DNA from: the human T2T-CHM13v2.0 reference genome, Homo sapiens
NCBI RefSeq assembly: GCF_009914755.1
Contig: NC_060926.1
DNA: 64,000 bases
Reading direction: 5' to 3' (one strand)
Part shown: positions 29,106-45,661 of the stretch, in pieces
How positions within the stretch are numbered: the first letter of the stretch is position 1
Layout of the letters: each line of letters opens with the position of its first letter
Made by a program: the position numbers and the translations under genes
The notes under the pieces: generated by a model
What the model saw: only the letters and a program-made list of their open reading frames with translations
The model's database searches: none
Told to the model about the DNA's origin: nothing

Positions 29106-30081
29106 TGTAAACTAAAAATAAAATTCTAATTCCTCTACCAACTGAACAGACTCCCTCTTGGCCAAGGGGACCACAGAGAAACCTTAAACACTGAGTTCCC
29201 AGACATGACAAGAAGGGAGGGCAGACACATCTCATAGTACCCCCTCCCTTTTGGAGTTTAGGCACAACAACTGACCAGCATTAGTGTTAAAAGAAAGATC
29301 ATAAGATTGACAAAACAGACTCTCTGTGGCAATAAAATACCAAATTATAAAGAAGACCGAAGGCTATGAAAGACAAGGGTTAAGTCACACCAAGTTAGAG
29401 ACAGAGCCTTACTCTTTAACCCACTGGAAATTAAAGAATCTCTGAATCCACCTATAACTTGTAATAAGTCCCCTGCTTTCAGATATCCCACCTTTTTAGC
29501 CTGACTCTATATATACCTTTCATGTATTGATTTATGTCTTTACTTATAACTCCTATGACATGGTTTGACTTTGTGTCCCACCCAAATCTCATCTCAAATT
29601 GTAATCCCCATAAACCCCATGTGTTGAGGGAGAGACCTGGTGGGAGGTGATTGGATCATGGGGGTGGTTTCCTCCATCCTGTTCATGATAGTGAGTTCTC
29701 ATGAGATCTCATGGTTTTATAAGGGGCTCTTCCCCCTTTGCTCACTCTTGCTCTCTCGCACCTGCAGCCATGTAAGGTGTGCCTGCTTCCTTTTTGCCAT
29801 GATTGTAAGTTTCCTGAGGCCTCCTCGGCCATGTGGAACTGAGTCAATTAAACTTCTTTTCTTTATAAATTACCCAGTCTCAGGTATTTCTTTATAGCAG
29901 TGTGAAAACAGACTAACACATCCTACCTCCCTGAAATGTATGAAACCAACTGTAATCTGACTACCTTGGGTGCGTTTTCTCAGGACTTTTTAAGACTGTG
30001 TTTCCCCAGGCTGCAGTCATTCATATTAGCTCAGAATAAATTTCTTTAAAATATTTACAGAGTTTGGTATTTTCATTAACA
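29106..30081 (+). mobile_element. ERV1 solo LTR (MER4D/E-like) inside the L1
   Basis: TG...CA termini ('tgtaaactaaaaataaaattct' and 'cattaaca'); 4-bp TSD GACT at 29102-29105 and 30082-30085; L1 ORF2 text resumes seamlessly. Confidence 0.85.
29556..29920 (+). mobile_element. MaLR solo LTR (THE1D/MSTA-like) inside the MER4 LTR
   Basis: 'tgacatggtttgactttgtgtcccacccaaatctcatctc...gaaaacagactaacaca'; 5-bp TSD TCCTA at 29551-29555 and 29921-29925. Confidence 0.9.
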
Positions 30082-30858
30082 GACTGTATGCTAAGTCATA
30101 AAACAGCCTGAATAAATTTAAAAGAATTGAAATCATGCAAAGTATGTTTGCCAACCAAAATGTAGTAAAATTAGAAATTGATAACAAAAAAATTTGAAAA
30201 ATTTACAAATACGTGAAAATTAAACAACACAATACTAAATAACCAATGAGTCAAAGAAGAAATCAGAAGTGAAATTAGAAAATATTCTCAGATAAGTAAA
30301 AATAAAGACACAACATCCCAAAGCTTATGGGATGTAGCTAAAGCAGTGCTTAGAGGAAATTTGAGAACTGAAAATGCTTATGTTAAAAAATAAGAAATAT
30401 CTCAAGTCATTAACATGACTCCTTAAGGCACTAGAAAAAGAAGAGCAACTAAACAAAAAGCAAGCAAAGGAAGAAAACAATAAGGATTAGGGAATAAACT
30501 ACTGAATAGAGGCTAGGAAAAATAATGAATAAAATCAACAGAATCAAAAACTGGATCTTTGAAAAGAATAAGAAAACTGGCAAATATTTAGTTAGACTGA
30601 CCAAGCAAAAAAGAGAAAACTCAAATTACTAAAATTAAAAATGAAGCAGGGACAGTTCTACTGAAATAAATAAAATTATAGGGGAATATTATGAACAACT
30701 GCCTGTCAACAAATTGAATACTTTAGATGAAATATAAGAATTTCCACAAAGACACAAACTACCAAAACTGACCCAAGAAGAAATATAAATTTGAATAGAC
30801 CTATAACAAGTAAAGAAATTGAATTACTAGGCCCAGATGGCTTTACTCGTGAACTCTA

Positions 30859-31136
<278 letters not shown>

Positions 31137-33434
31137 TTAATAGTATTCCTTATAAACTCTTCCAAAACAAAGAAGCAAGGGGAAACCTTCCCAACTGATT
31201 CAATGAGGCCAGTATTATTCTGATAACAAAACCAAACGAAGACATCACAGAAAAGAAAACTAGCACTAGCAGCTCTAGTCAGAGCAGTTATGCAATATAA
31301 TAAAATAAAAGGCACCATATTGGAAAGGAAAAAGTATAGCTATCTCTATTTGCAGATGACAAGATCACATATATTGAAAATCCTAAGGAATCCATTAAAA
31401 ACAGTATTAGAACATATGAATGAGTTTGGCAAGTTGCAAAATACAAGATCATTATACAAAAGTCAATTGAATTTCTATATGCTTATAATAAACATTCCAA
31501 AAATAAAATTAGGAAAACAATTCCATTTGTAATAGCATTGAAAAATACTTACGAGTACAATTAAGAAAAGAAATGCAAACCTTATACTCTGAAAGCTAAA
31601 AAACATTATTTAAATAAATTAAAGAATATCCAAGTAAACAGAAAGATATCCCATGTTCATGGACTGGAAGATACAATATTGTTAAGATGACAATACTTCT
31701 CAAATTGATGTATAGATTTATCACAATCCCTATCAATGTCACAGCTAGCTTCTTCACAGAAATTGACAAGCTGATCCCAAAATTCCAATGAAAATTTAAT
31801 TAATCCAGAATATCTAAAACAATGTTGAAAAAGACAAAGTAGGAGGGCTCACACTTCCTGATTTCAAAATTTACTACAAAGCTACAGTAATCAAGAAAAT
31901 ACGGTACTGGCATAGGAAAGATATGTAGATTAATAAAACAGAATTGAAAGTCCAAAAATAAACCATTGGGTATTAGATCAACTGATTTTCAGCAAGAGTG
32001 CCAAGATATTTCAATGGAGAAAGAGTAATTTTTTTAATAAATGGTGTTGGGACAACTGGATATCCATGTGCAAAAGGAAGTTGGACCACTAACTCACACC
32101 ATATACAAAAATTAGCTTAAAATGAATCTAAAAGCTAAACGTAAGAGCTAACTGTAAAACTTTTGAAGGAAACATAACTACAAATCTTTGTGACTTTGAA
32201 TTTAGCAATGATTGCTTAGATATGAAACCAAAAGCACAATTAAAAAAAGAAAAAAAAATGAAAAATTGAAAATTGTCAAAATTAAAAACTTTTGTACTGA
32301 AAAGGATATCATGTAGAAAGTTTAAAAACAGCCCACAGAATGGGAGAAAATATTTGCAAATTGCATATCTGATGAGGCATGTATATCTAGAATAGTTAGA
32401 GAACTATTTCAACTCAGTAATGAAAAGACAACCCAATTAAAAATGAGCAAAATATCGGAACAGACAGTTCTCCAAACTAGATACACAAATGAACAATAAG
32501 CACATTAAATTATGCTCAACATCATTAGTCATCAGGAAAATGCAAATCAAAACCATGATAAAATACAATACCACACCTACTAGGTTGCTAATAATATACA
32601 TTTTTTTTAAAAAAACAGATAACAAGTATTCAAAAAGGATGTGGAGAAATTGGGACTCTCATACATAGCTGGTGGCAATTTAAAATGATGCAGCCACTAT
32701 GGAAAATGATTTGATAGTTCCTCTGAGTTACCATATGACTCAGCAATTCTATTCCTAGGTATATCCTAAGATAAATGAAAATATAAGCAATTTATAAATG
32801 AATGTTTATAGTAGTAGTATTCATAATAGCCACACACTAGAAACAACCTAAATATCCAACAATTGATGAGTGGATAAATAAAATGTGATATATCCATACA
32901 ATGCCATATTATTAGGCCATAAAAAGGAATGAAATACCGATACATGCTACAACATGAGTAAGACTTGAAAAAGAAGCCAATCACAAAAGACCATATATTG
33001 TATGACTTCACTTATATGAAATATTTAGAATAGGCAAATCTTCAGAGAAAGAAATTAGATTCATGGTTGCCTAGGGCTGGAAGGGGTGGGGAAAATGAGA
33101 GTGACTGTTAATGGTTTCTTTTAAGGAGGATGAAAATGTCCTAAAATTGATTGGGGTGATGATTTCCCAACTCTGTAACAACAACAACAAAAAAGATTAG
33201 TCATGGGTTCTGTAATTAAAAACCACTAAATCGTAAACTTTAAACAGGTGGATTGTATGGTATGTAAATTATTTATCAACAAAGCAGCTATTAGTGTTTT
33301 TAAACATGATATAATTTTTTTTTCTGATGTAGGAAGGAAAACCAACCATTACTGGAGAGCAGTGTTTCTCACCATTCGCCTTCACACTCTTCAATTCAGT
33401 CAGACCGAGTTCCTGCTGTACAGGATGTCCGGGT

Positions 33435-33670
33435 GGTAGAGTGTAATGGCTAAGAGCTAGTTGCCTGTGTTGGAATTCTGGCTTAATCACTTACTAGATG
33501 TGGGACATCAGGAAAGTTCCTTAACCTCCCTGTGCCTCAGTCCCGTTAGCTGTAAAATGAGGACATTAATAATTTCTAGCTCAAAGCGTTTTTAGGGGAA
33601 TTAAAAATGCAACACATTAAACTCGTAGAACAATGCCCAGCACATAAGTGCTATATAAGAACTGCTTTAT
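33435..33670 (+). mobile_element. MIR SINE
   Basis: 'tcacttactagatgtgggac...ttccttaacctccctgtgcctcagt...ctgtaaaatgagg...agaacaatgcccagcacataag'. Confidence 0.85.
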
Positions 33671-34441
<771 letters not shown>

Positions 34442-34489
34442 AACTGCTTTATTATTAACCCATTCCCCTCCCTAACACTACCCTGAATT

Positions 34490-34830
34490 CACCTGTCACA
34501 GGGATAGGCCAGTCTCCAGATTCCATTCCCCAGTCCACAGTGATTGGTTCAGAGATGGGCACATGAGTCCATCAGGCCAATGAGACTCAAATCTAAGACT
34601 CGGGTTGAGCTGTTGGGGTAGCAGACTCCTTTCTCCCAGCTGGTCTTACAAATATGAAGCATTTGGCTTCCAGACGTACAGGCAGTCATTAGAGAGCCGC
34701 AGGAGAGAACCCACCTGAAGAGGCAGTCCCATGAGTAACAACGTAATTTCCTCCTAAAAATCTTTCTCCCACCATCATCACATACAGACTGGATTAAGCG
34801 ATCCTTATACACAGTCCTGTAACCATCTCT
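34490..34830 (+). mobile_element. MaLR LTR (MLT1J/K/L-like) fragment
   Basis: 'ccacagtgattggttcagagatgggcacatgagtcca...ggccaatgagactc'. Confidence 0.6.
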
Positions 34831-34899
34831 GGATCTCTTAACCCTAAGGTCAGAAACATCTCCTTTTGCCCAGGGTGATCTCGGTGTAAACCTCTTGGC

Positions 34900-35155
34900 C
34901 CAGCATAATTATTGAGAGTTCCCCCTTCATCTTCAGGTCCCAGTTTGAATGATAAACTACATAATTATCTATCACAAAATGTATGTACGCTTACGTTGTT
35001 ATTTGTTTAATTATCTGACTTCCTTGTTAGATACTAAGCCTTGTAAAAGGCAGGAACTATAACTATATTGGCCATTGTTTTATTCCCAATAGCTAACACA
35101 GTGCCTGGCATAGAACAGGTGTTGAATAGTTGTCTGCATAATAAATGAATAAAAG
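34900..35155 (+). mobile_element. L2 3' end
   Basis: 'ggcaggaacta...ctaacacagtgcctggcatagaacagg...aataaatgaataaa'. Confidence 0.7.
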
Positions 35156-35288
35156 AATTTTTAAAAATCATCACCACACCTAGTCCTAGCCCCAGGGTTT
35201 TTCACTTTCAAAATCATCACCCCTTAAAACTGTCCCTAATATTTGTTTTCTAAGCTTACCTTTAAATGAATTAAAATATATCAGAAGG

Positions 35289-35691
<403 letters not shown>

Positions 35692-38600
35692 CTATTCTCT
35701 TGCCCTCAAAAAGACACAACACCTGAAAAGTCCAGAGTACCAAGTTGAGTGAAGATTTTTTCTTAGTTGAGACCTGAAATTCATGGTAGAATTCCCAGAT
35801 GCAGAAAAAGTCCCACCAGAGAATCTTCCCGCAATGGGGTCTTACAAAGCTATTGTAGCAAATTTAAGTTGTACAAGAGTACCAAAAATATTTTCTATTT
35901 CCCTACCTGCTTTCTTGGCCTTCACTTGGCCCCTCTGCCACGCATCTCAGCTGACATTCAGCACAAAACTTTACTGGGTCCATAAGCCATATAATTCCCT
36001 CATTATTGCCAAAAAATTTTTCATAGACAAGAGAAATTATTTGCAAACATGTTGGAAGAAGTTTTTCCTTTTCTGGGGTTGAGATTATAGTTCAAACTGC
36101 AGGAAGAACAAGGACAAATCTGAATGATGATACTCTACAAATTCACTTATCCATTTGACATAAGAGGATTAAAAGAATAGGGAAAAAAATGCTTTTCAGA
36201 ATAACTTTGGCATACATTTAGTTATATTAACAGTGGTTCAGAGGCAAGTGTGACCAAATTTAAAAGGTTTACTGTATGTTTTAGAGTTAAACTTAATTCA
36301 GGTAACTTTCATGCCCCTAGGGTGGGCAGCCAATGTTGTGAAACTAAGGGCTAGTTCAAGTTAAAAAAAATAATAATAATAAAAAATAAAGAGACGGAAA
36401 ATGTCCAAAGGAGAGGTTAAGTATACTTAGTAAGGGTGGTAAAACCACATGAATATTAATTGGGCCAATCCAAACTTTAGCCCCTCAATAAAACAAAAAT
36501 ATTTTCAAGCTTTAAGAGAAAATAAAGTAGGCTGCTCTTCCCAAGCTATTTTTCATCTCACTGCTTTCTACATTTCTTACTGCTGGTTCTGAGAATCACA
36601 AGATTATAAAAAAAGAGAGGCTACACTTTCAATATGTCTTGATTATAACATCCTAGAGCAAGAAAATCCAGAGAACTACTGCAAAGCTAACAACATAGAA
36701 AGAGCCCTTCTGTTCCCCAGGTGCTTAGTGAGGACTAGCTTTGTCATTTCTTCCACACACTCCAGCCATGGCTGAAAAGGGAATTTTGAGCCCTGAATCT
36801 TTCGCCAGATGGAGAAGTTCCTTTCTCAATCTTGTCAATTTTCCTTCTCGCTTAATGTTTTTCCTTCCTTTCCTGCCTGTTCTTTAATTTCCCTGTGTAC
36901 CTCCTAAAGTAATTTATTTACAGAACTATTTATTAACTTCTTTTGTAGTATTGTATGTTGAACTACAAAAGAAAGGCGGAGATGTGTGAAGAGCTCTTCA
37001 CACATAGCTATGTTGAATTATGTGTAAAATCCTTCAAAAGTCAGGATGATGCCTTCAGAGTTCTGGCTGTTACTTCCAAGCTAGATAAGAAACACTAATT
37101 AGGCGTTTTGTCACAGATTTCTGGACAATGGTGTCTATGAGTTGTCTTCCCAGTGTAATGAAAACCTAGATTAATTATTTTTTATGTCATTATTTTCATT
37201 CTCAAAGGAGAAATGGTCACTGTTTTTGTTACACTCTGTTTTCAAAACATGTCAATGTGCCTCACTATTAAAAAATCTTACACACAAAATTTGAACCAAG
37301 AAAACATCTCATTTAAATTACAATTATTCACAATTGAAAAAAAAAGATTCTCTCCACTAAAGGATTCATCATTGGTTTATTTTCAATACAGTAATAAGAA
37401 TTTTCAATATAATGAAATTATCTGAGTATATTTTAATATTTACACACAAGTTCTCAGAGTTTCACATTTTAAAATATGCAACAAAGTTATTCTTTTTCTA
37501 AGCAGATAGATTATAAATACTACTATTTTCTCCCTGTTATACTGTCCACCACTGCATTGTCACTAATTGCTATTTCATAGAAACTTTGTCCTGTTCCAAA
37601 TATATATCTCAAGTGTATTTCTTTGATCATTTACTAATTTACTTTTTTAATTGAGTCACTCATGTAACTATTCATTAAACATCCAAAATGTTTCACGTCT
37701 TTTACCTTGCAGAGAAAATGGCTAATACCACTTTATACCTCTTCTCCTGTGCTCTGGGCAACACAGGACCTGCTTATTCATTTAACTAGAATTCAAACTT
37801 CCGTCATAACCCTTAGTGATACTTTCAGTAGAACAGAAAGCCCTGCATGAATACAACTGCATAGGAAAATTTAACATATAATAAAGTCAGCACCTCAAAT
37901 TAGTGGGAAAAAGATGAACATTTAAGTGAGTAGTATTAGGACAACTATTAACAGATAGATAGCTATACTTTAAAAGGAGGAAATGGATCCATTTCTCACA
38001 CCATAAAACAAGATAAATTCCAAGTGTATCAGGAATGTAATAAAATGAAACCATACAAATACTACATGAAACATGAGTGAATTGCTTTATTACATGACAC
38101 TTGGAAAAATGTTCCTAATCATGACTCAAAATCCAGAAGTAAAAAGAGAAAGGACTGATACAATTGACGATGTAAAAAATAAAATAAAGTTAGAAACCTT
38201 TATATGTGAAAAGTGTCATAAGTAATGTAAAAAGGGGACAAATGACAAACTGGGGAAAATATGTGCCACTTACATCACCCAAAGCGATTATTCTTCACAT
38301 AAACAGAGCTTTTAGAATTTGAGAAGAAAAGACCGATAACACTCTATTGTAAAACGAAACTAAGAAACAATTGATAAGCAAATTCAAGTGACCTACAAAA
38401 AGCTCAACAGTGCTAATAGTAAGAGAAGTATAATTTTACACTTCTCTGAGATTCTAGTTCTCAATTATCACTGGATGGGAAAAATCCAAAAGTTTGATCA
38501 CATAAACAGTTGACCAGACTGTGGGGAAGCAAGCACTTTTGCTCTGCTGGTGGGAATGCAAAATTTCACCTCTCTTCCAGAGGAAGATTTGCTGATACCT

Positions 38601-38954
38601 TGCTAGATATTTACTCAGCGACACCATGTTGAGTAATCTATTCAAAAGATACATTGGCAAAACTATAAGAAGATGCACAAGGCCATGCATTGCAACACCA
38701 TTAATAATAATAAAGAACTTGGAAGCAATCCAAATATCCATAATGGAGAATGGATTCAATAAAGAATAAATCAGGATACAGCCATACAATGGAGTACAAG
38801 CCTGCTACAAAAAAGAAATGAGAATTATCTCTATATTACCATGGAGTCATCTTCAGACAAGTCCTTAAATTTTTTAAAGGCAGGGAAGGCTTAACATATA
38901 CAGTTCTTTAAATGGTTATCTATGATGAAAGAAGGAATTATATAGAAGGAGCAG

Positions 38955-39266
<312 letters not shown>

Positions 39267-39867
39267 TCAAAGCAATACTTCTATGAATATACCTTGTTTT
39301 GTATATTTGAATTTGGTACAGTGTAAATACTTTGCATAATTATAAAACAAAATTAAACATAACAAAATCAGATACTTAACAATTGAGAGCAAAATTAGTC
39401 AAGTAAATACAACTGTGTATCAGATGGATGGCAAAACCACATAGAGGAACTATTCCAAATGACTTTGAAACATTGTAAACTGACTATAAATTTCTATTGA
39501 GATATACTCTGTGGACAAAAAGAACTGCAAATAAATCTTAAAATTATCAAATCACTGCAGCTAGTGGTAGGTATTGTTATTCTGAGACTGTCGTGTGCAT
39601 TGTGAGATTAAGCAAATAAGTAATTGTCTTGGTGCCATCAGAAACCAGGATTTTTGTCATGAGAGAAAGGAAATACAAACGTAAGATGCAGAAGATTGAG
39701 TTAAAAGTCCTATTCTATATTTGAATATATATAAATTCATGATGTATTTTATTTAAAAATATATATATATTTCCTACCTCTATCCTCTGAAAAGATCAAC
39801 CTAAGAGCAATGAGGAGTCTTAATTCTCATATTGCTGTTTCTAGTCATCATTTCCAAATCAAAGCAA

Positions 39868-40275
<408 letters not shown>

Positions 40276-40470
40276 TTACTGAGATTGCTCAAAAGATTCA
40301 AAAGACAACTTGAATAGGTTGCCACTGGCCAAAGATAAACTAATTCGACACTTCAGAACACTCACTTCCATTCTTTGAAATCTGTGCTTCCTAGGTGGCT
40401 ATCTTCAGACTTTGCATTTGAACACTTTAAACTAGATTTTGACCCTTTTGATTATTTTAGGATGACATTT

Positions 40471-40488
40471 TGGTGACCCAGATGGGAC
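40471..40488 (+). promoter_or_regulatory. Retroviral primer binding site, tRNA-Arg type
   Basis: TGGTGACCCAGATGGGAC, 3 nt after the LTR end (...GACA). It is 17/18 identical to the complement of the recalled tRNA-Arg(CCG) 3' end (TGGCGACCCAGATGGGAC). Confidence 0.8.
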
Positions 40489-40759
40489 CCAAAGCAAGCC
40501 GCCAGTGATCCCCACCATTTCACCAACAACAGTCAGGGCACTGGTATTAGCATGAATGACTTTTGTTCACTCGACCTCACTAGAGCCAGGAGGAGTCTCT
40601 GGTGAGGTTCCTCTTCAAGTTCAAATCTCCCTGATTTTTGTTGATATTCAGACCTTATTCAAGCCACCTAATTCCACGCTCAATAGAGCTGGAATTAAAG
40701 CTCTGCTTTTCAGGTAAGGTTTTGGGTTTTGTTCTCTAGAGATTCTGCTCTTTGCAGGT

Positions 40760-41084
<325 letters not shown>

Positions 41085-42169
41085 CTATAGATTTAGGTTA
41101 ACAGTTGTTTGTTGAACTATGCATTAGAGTTTGTGCAGCCTTTGCTCTCATTCGCACTATGGTCAGGAAAGGAAACCATTTCTCTCTCTGAAAAGAGGAA
41201 GTGAATTTTTTTGTGGTTTAAGCAAAGTTTGTAATTAAAAAAAAAAAAAACTGGCTAAACTTGGAAGCTGGGTTCATTTGACATATCTAAAGTCCCTTCT
41301 GAGTGGCCAAAGCCAGGGAAAAGCTTTTAATCAGAATGAAGATAAATCCTGAAGATAAGGGACACTATTCTTCCTGGACAAAATGTACCTTAGGCAACTA
41401 GGTTCCTGTGGGAGTGTTTGAGCTCATTGCTTGTGATGTGCAATGGTCCCATAGGCAATCCTCAAAGAAGAACACAGGGGGAATCTTGCTTAACCCAGGG
41501 GGCCTCATGAAAGGCTGCTCTCCCTGTGCCTTAAGCACCCAGGACTCATGGGTTTTGCCAAGATGTGTAAGAAGGGAGAAGCAACTCGTAGGTGACACCT
41601 TGAGGAGTAATCCTCATTGGGCAGCACACCACATCCAAAACATCTTTCACTTTCAGCTTAAAAAGAACTTAATTTATGGGCAGTTATCTATGTAAAACCA
41701 CATCTTCCTTCTGAAAGGAGAGATCAACCTATGGAAACTCCAGTTGGATTCCTAGGCAATACTTATGGGGCCACCTCCTGTCAATATCTAGAGAAATAGT
41801 CTTAACCCGTGAAGACACCAAACTACAATGGCCAAAATGAGATACTTTTGAAATACCTAAATTAGTTTATTTACACACACAACTAGAAAAACAGCTCTAA
41901 AATTAAACAATAATTGGGAGAGTTACTTCCAATGGTACTTAGACCTTTTCAAGAGAGGCTCTGACAAAGTTCTTTCCCTATAGGAAGAAGACATAAAGCT
42001 CTCCAAAACCACTTCTGAATTAAAGACAACTGCTTTAATATGCAACAAATGTTAGGCTGTGGTGAGCTCAGGTAATTGAGACTCCAGAAGCAAGTAGAAC
42101 CGATGTATTGAACAGGCGAACTTCTAGGGGATTAAGGATATAGATGACTGTTAAAGGTCAGCATCCCCC

Positions 42170-43990
42170 TAATTCTGTCCTTCACATTACAATCTCTAGG
42201 TCCAATCATCTAAACCCTGTCACTCTTCTACCTCTGGCTTCAGATGAGAGGGCACAAGATTGCAAAATCTTAACCAACCGCTTCTCTCTCCCAGACAGAC
42301 CTCCAGGAGACTCCCCTTCCTAGCACTGATGTTGTTTGGTTTACAGATGGATCTAACTTAAAGGATGAATCTGGGACTTATTGTGCAGGTTATGCTATAG
42401 TATCTTTAATGGGAGAAATAGAAAGTGATTGCCTTCCAGGAGCCACATTCACTCAACAAGCAGAACTGGTAGCATTAATCAGGGCCTGTCAACTGGCAAA
42501 AGGAATAACTGCTAATATTCATGCAAGCAGCAGATCTGCTTTTGGAGTTGCTCATGATTTTGGAATGCTATGGAAACAAAGAAGGTTTTTAACCACTTCT
42601 GACCAGTCTGTAAAAATTGGACACCTTATTTCACAATTGCTAGAAGGCTTATTATTATACCAAGATCACTGCCCATTATTAAAATCCCAGATCACCCCAA
42701 ATCAGATACTCCAGAAAGCAAAGGAAATCAGCTAGCTGATAAGGCAGCAAAAAGAGCTGCACTAAATGCATCTAAACAAGAAAAGTAACCTATATTAACT
42801 TTTAAAGAAGCACCTGAATTTGACAAAAAATGAGCTAAGTACAGAGCTCCAGAAGCTGAACAGGAAAATTGGAAGACGAAAAGGAGAACATACTCTCCCA
42901 AAGATGAGGTGTGGTGTGGGCCAAATAATTTACCTATGCTTCCTGCTGAATTACAGTCGTCATTTTTAACCTATAGACGTGATTCAACTCATTGGAGCCT
43001 TGATGAAATGGTTGCTTGGGGAAAACAATACTTTCAAAAACCATCTCTGATTATAGCTCACAAGGTATACAATCACTGCCATGTATCTGCTCAAAATATA
43101 ATCTAGGGAAACCTTTACACAGTTCCCGAGGACATTTGCCTTTAACTGAAGGCCCCTATGAAGTACGACAATTAGATTCTATTCAGCTGCCACCACTGCA
43201 AGGATACCATTATGTTCTAGTGATTATTTGCATGTTTTCTCATTGATTAGAAGTCTATCCATGTAGAAGAGTGACTGACTGACTGCCTTAGCAGTAAGTA
43301 AAATTCTTTCAGGAAAGATTATTCTGACTTGGGGAGCTCCCTTAAAACTCCACAGTGACAGAGGTACTCATTTTACCAGACAGAAAATTCAGTCAGTATG
43401 TAAAAGTTGGCCTCTCCTCCAACACTTTCATTGTGCGTGTCATCCCCAATCATTTAGATTGGTGGAGCATACAAATTGAATAATTAAGATTCAATTGGCA
43501 AAAATAACAGAAGTTTTAAAGATTCCATGGCCAAAGTCTCTTCCATTGGTTTTTCTTAACCTAAGATCAGTCTCATTTAGAAAATGTCAGTTGTTGCTAT
43601 AACTGGCAAACCTATGAATCTGTCCCCATGGAATTGTAACTCCTTAATTGTAAAGGGAGACATGTTCCCTTATTGTTATTACCTTATGAAACAATTAACT
43701 AAAAATTATAATCTAGTAAAAGATTATTAGAGACCTCTCAGGAAATGAAGAATTAAAGACTCACAGTCTTTAACCAGGGAATTTTGTTTATTGGAAATGA
43801 CATATTTTAAAAGACTGTTTCTGACCGAAGTAGAAGGGCCCTTCCAAAGTGTCCCTTACTAAACCTCGTGCTGTTAAATGAGAAAAAATAGACTCCTAGA
43901 TCCATGTTTCTCATCAAAAAAGGCTGTATCTCCTGAGTGGAATGTTTCCCCGGAAGATGACTCTCAGCTCAAGTTAATGCCAGGTCGAAA
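42170..43990 (+). pseudogene. ERV pol remnant: tether/RNase H and integrase (disrupted)
   Basis: RNase H text LQETPLP..VWFTDGS...QQAELVALIRACQLAKG...AFGVAHDFGMLWKQR. Integrase text GPYEVRQLDSIQLPP..GYHYVLVIICMFSH, LHSDRGTHFT and HPQS..LVEHTN. Multiple stops and frameshifts. Confidence 0.9.
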
Positions 43991-44086
43991 AGAAGATGAT
44001 ATCTGATGTAGACAGCTAAAACCCAAGGCTTCAGACCAGGTCTATATCTGAACAAATGCTTAATATTAACATTCGTTAATAAATAG

Positions 44087-45505
44087 ATGATGAAGATTTT
44101 CCTTTACAAGCTCCCACTAAACTTCTTTTTATTCTTAGTTCTCATGTCTTGGTTCTGCTATCACCAGCTGTTGCCCTTGAAGCAAACTTCTCTTTGCAAA
44201 GTGCCCAAGACTATGCTAAAAGCTTTCAAAAATATCCTTGTTGAGTATGTGGTCTCATGCCCTTTCTAGTAGTTTTGGCCAATTATGATGGGTATCTCCC
44301 AGGAAAAGATTGGATAGAATATCAGAAATATATCTGTGTTTCTCAAAAATAGTCATCGATGTTTGACACTAGTAGGACTAAGGATAATGTACATCACTGG
44401 CCTATTAATAATACTTTACGGAATAAAGATCATAGTAAGAGCTTCTCGGTAAAAGAAACTAGTCCATTAGCTTTCATGCTGGTACTGTCCCTCCTGAGAG
44501 ATGAAACAACCAGACTGCCCCAATTGAGAGTTGAGACAAGTCAATTTTAGAATGATACAACACAAATTTGGGATGGTTTTATCTGGCTTGCCCCCTTCTT
44601 TGGCCAGCTCAGTCAGCTTGTCACCTTATTTTTGGAACAGAGAAATTATACCAAACATACCTGTCCCAATAGCACTAGAGACAGAGTACTGATTGGCATG
44701 CCACCTAATGGGCACAACCACCAGGTATTCATTGGTTAGTTCCAAATGGAACATCTGGGCTTTGTGGCACTAACTTATGGTCACAGTTACCCCCAAGATG
44801 GTTAGGCGACATTCCTCGGGATATGCTTGGGCACAGGGTTGAGTAGTTCATACTCTGCTAAAACCTGCCAATTTTCCTCATTCGCAATCTCATTGGGTTT
44901 GTTCTATGTTTCACGGGTATGACCATTTATTAGCGTTCATCTTCATACTACAGCTGGGTATTGAGGATGTCATTTGGTGTGTAGAGGCCCTAACAATGAT
45001 ACATAAAGGCCCTAAATGATAGCCATATGGGTATTTCATTATTAAACAATGAAGTTACTCTTGTGAGAAAGGCTGTATTACAGAACTGTATGGCTTTAGA
45101 CACACTTGCTGCAGCCCAAGGGGGAGCTTGTGCTAACGTAGAAACTGAGTGTTGTGTCCAAATCCCTGATGAATCAGGTAACATCACTAAATTAATGGCT
45201 GATATGAAAACCCAAATAACTGACTTTTCAGATCGAAGGCCCTTTCCAAATGATTGCCTAAGCAGCTGCTTCAGATCTGAGAAACTTGGTGGCAAAACTT
45301 GTTACTTATTCTAGTAATTATAATTATTTGTGGTGTTTGGTCCTGTTTTTGTCTACACTGCTGTTACTGCATTTGTTTGCAATTGAACCAATGCACAACT
45401 GAAAAGTCTGGAATAATGGTCGCTCAAAGAATTTCTTTGATTGAAGAGGCAGTCATGCAGCCTGAATCAGGTTTCAGGACCATTTCTCTCGTGTTTGCTT
45501 TATAA
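44087..45505 (+). pseudogene. ERV env remnant (disrupted)
   Basis: TM subunit: immunosuppressive domain VLQNCMALDTLAAAQGG, CX6CC motif CANVETECC, and a hydrophobic anchor (LLILVIIIICGVWSCFC). SU is full of stops. Confidence 0.9.
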
Positions 45506-45661
45506 TTCAGCTTTGGTCCTTTCCAACTTTCCCCCTCATGGGACATGACTTCCTAGGAATGAGCCTTCCTAGCAATGTGGGATTTTGACCTACATACATG
45601 ACCTAAATACATGATTCTTCTGCAATGCTTTCTCCAAAAGATTTTAAAGAAATGGGTGAAA

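Noticed and set aside
35783-36082. 99-aa plus-strand ATG ORF in unique DNA
   Set aside because: No recognisable domain or supporting exon structure; length is within chance expectation for 64 kb.
37707-37770. Possible minus-strand coding exon (PVLPRAQEKRYKVVLAIFSA) with an AAG|GTAAAA donor
   Set aside because: The acceptor lacks a pyrimidine tract, there are no partner exons, and I do not recognise the peptide.
44087-45505. Co-opted syncytin-like env gene
   Set aside because: SU has many stops and frameshifts, the furin site is degraded, the ISD Arg is mutated and the TM anchor is in a different frame.
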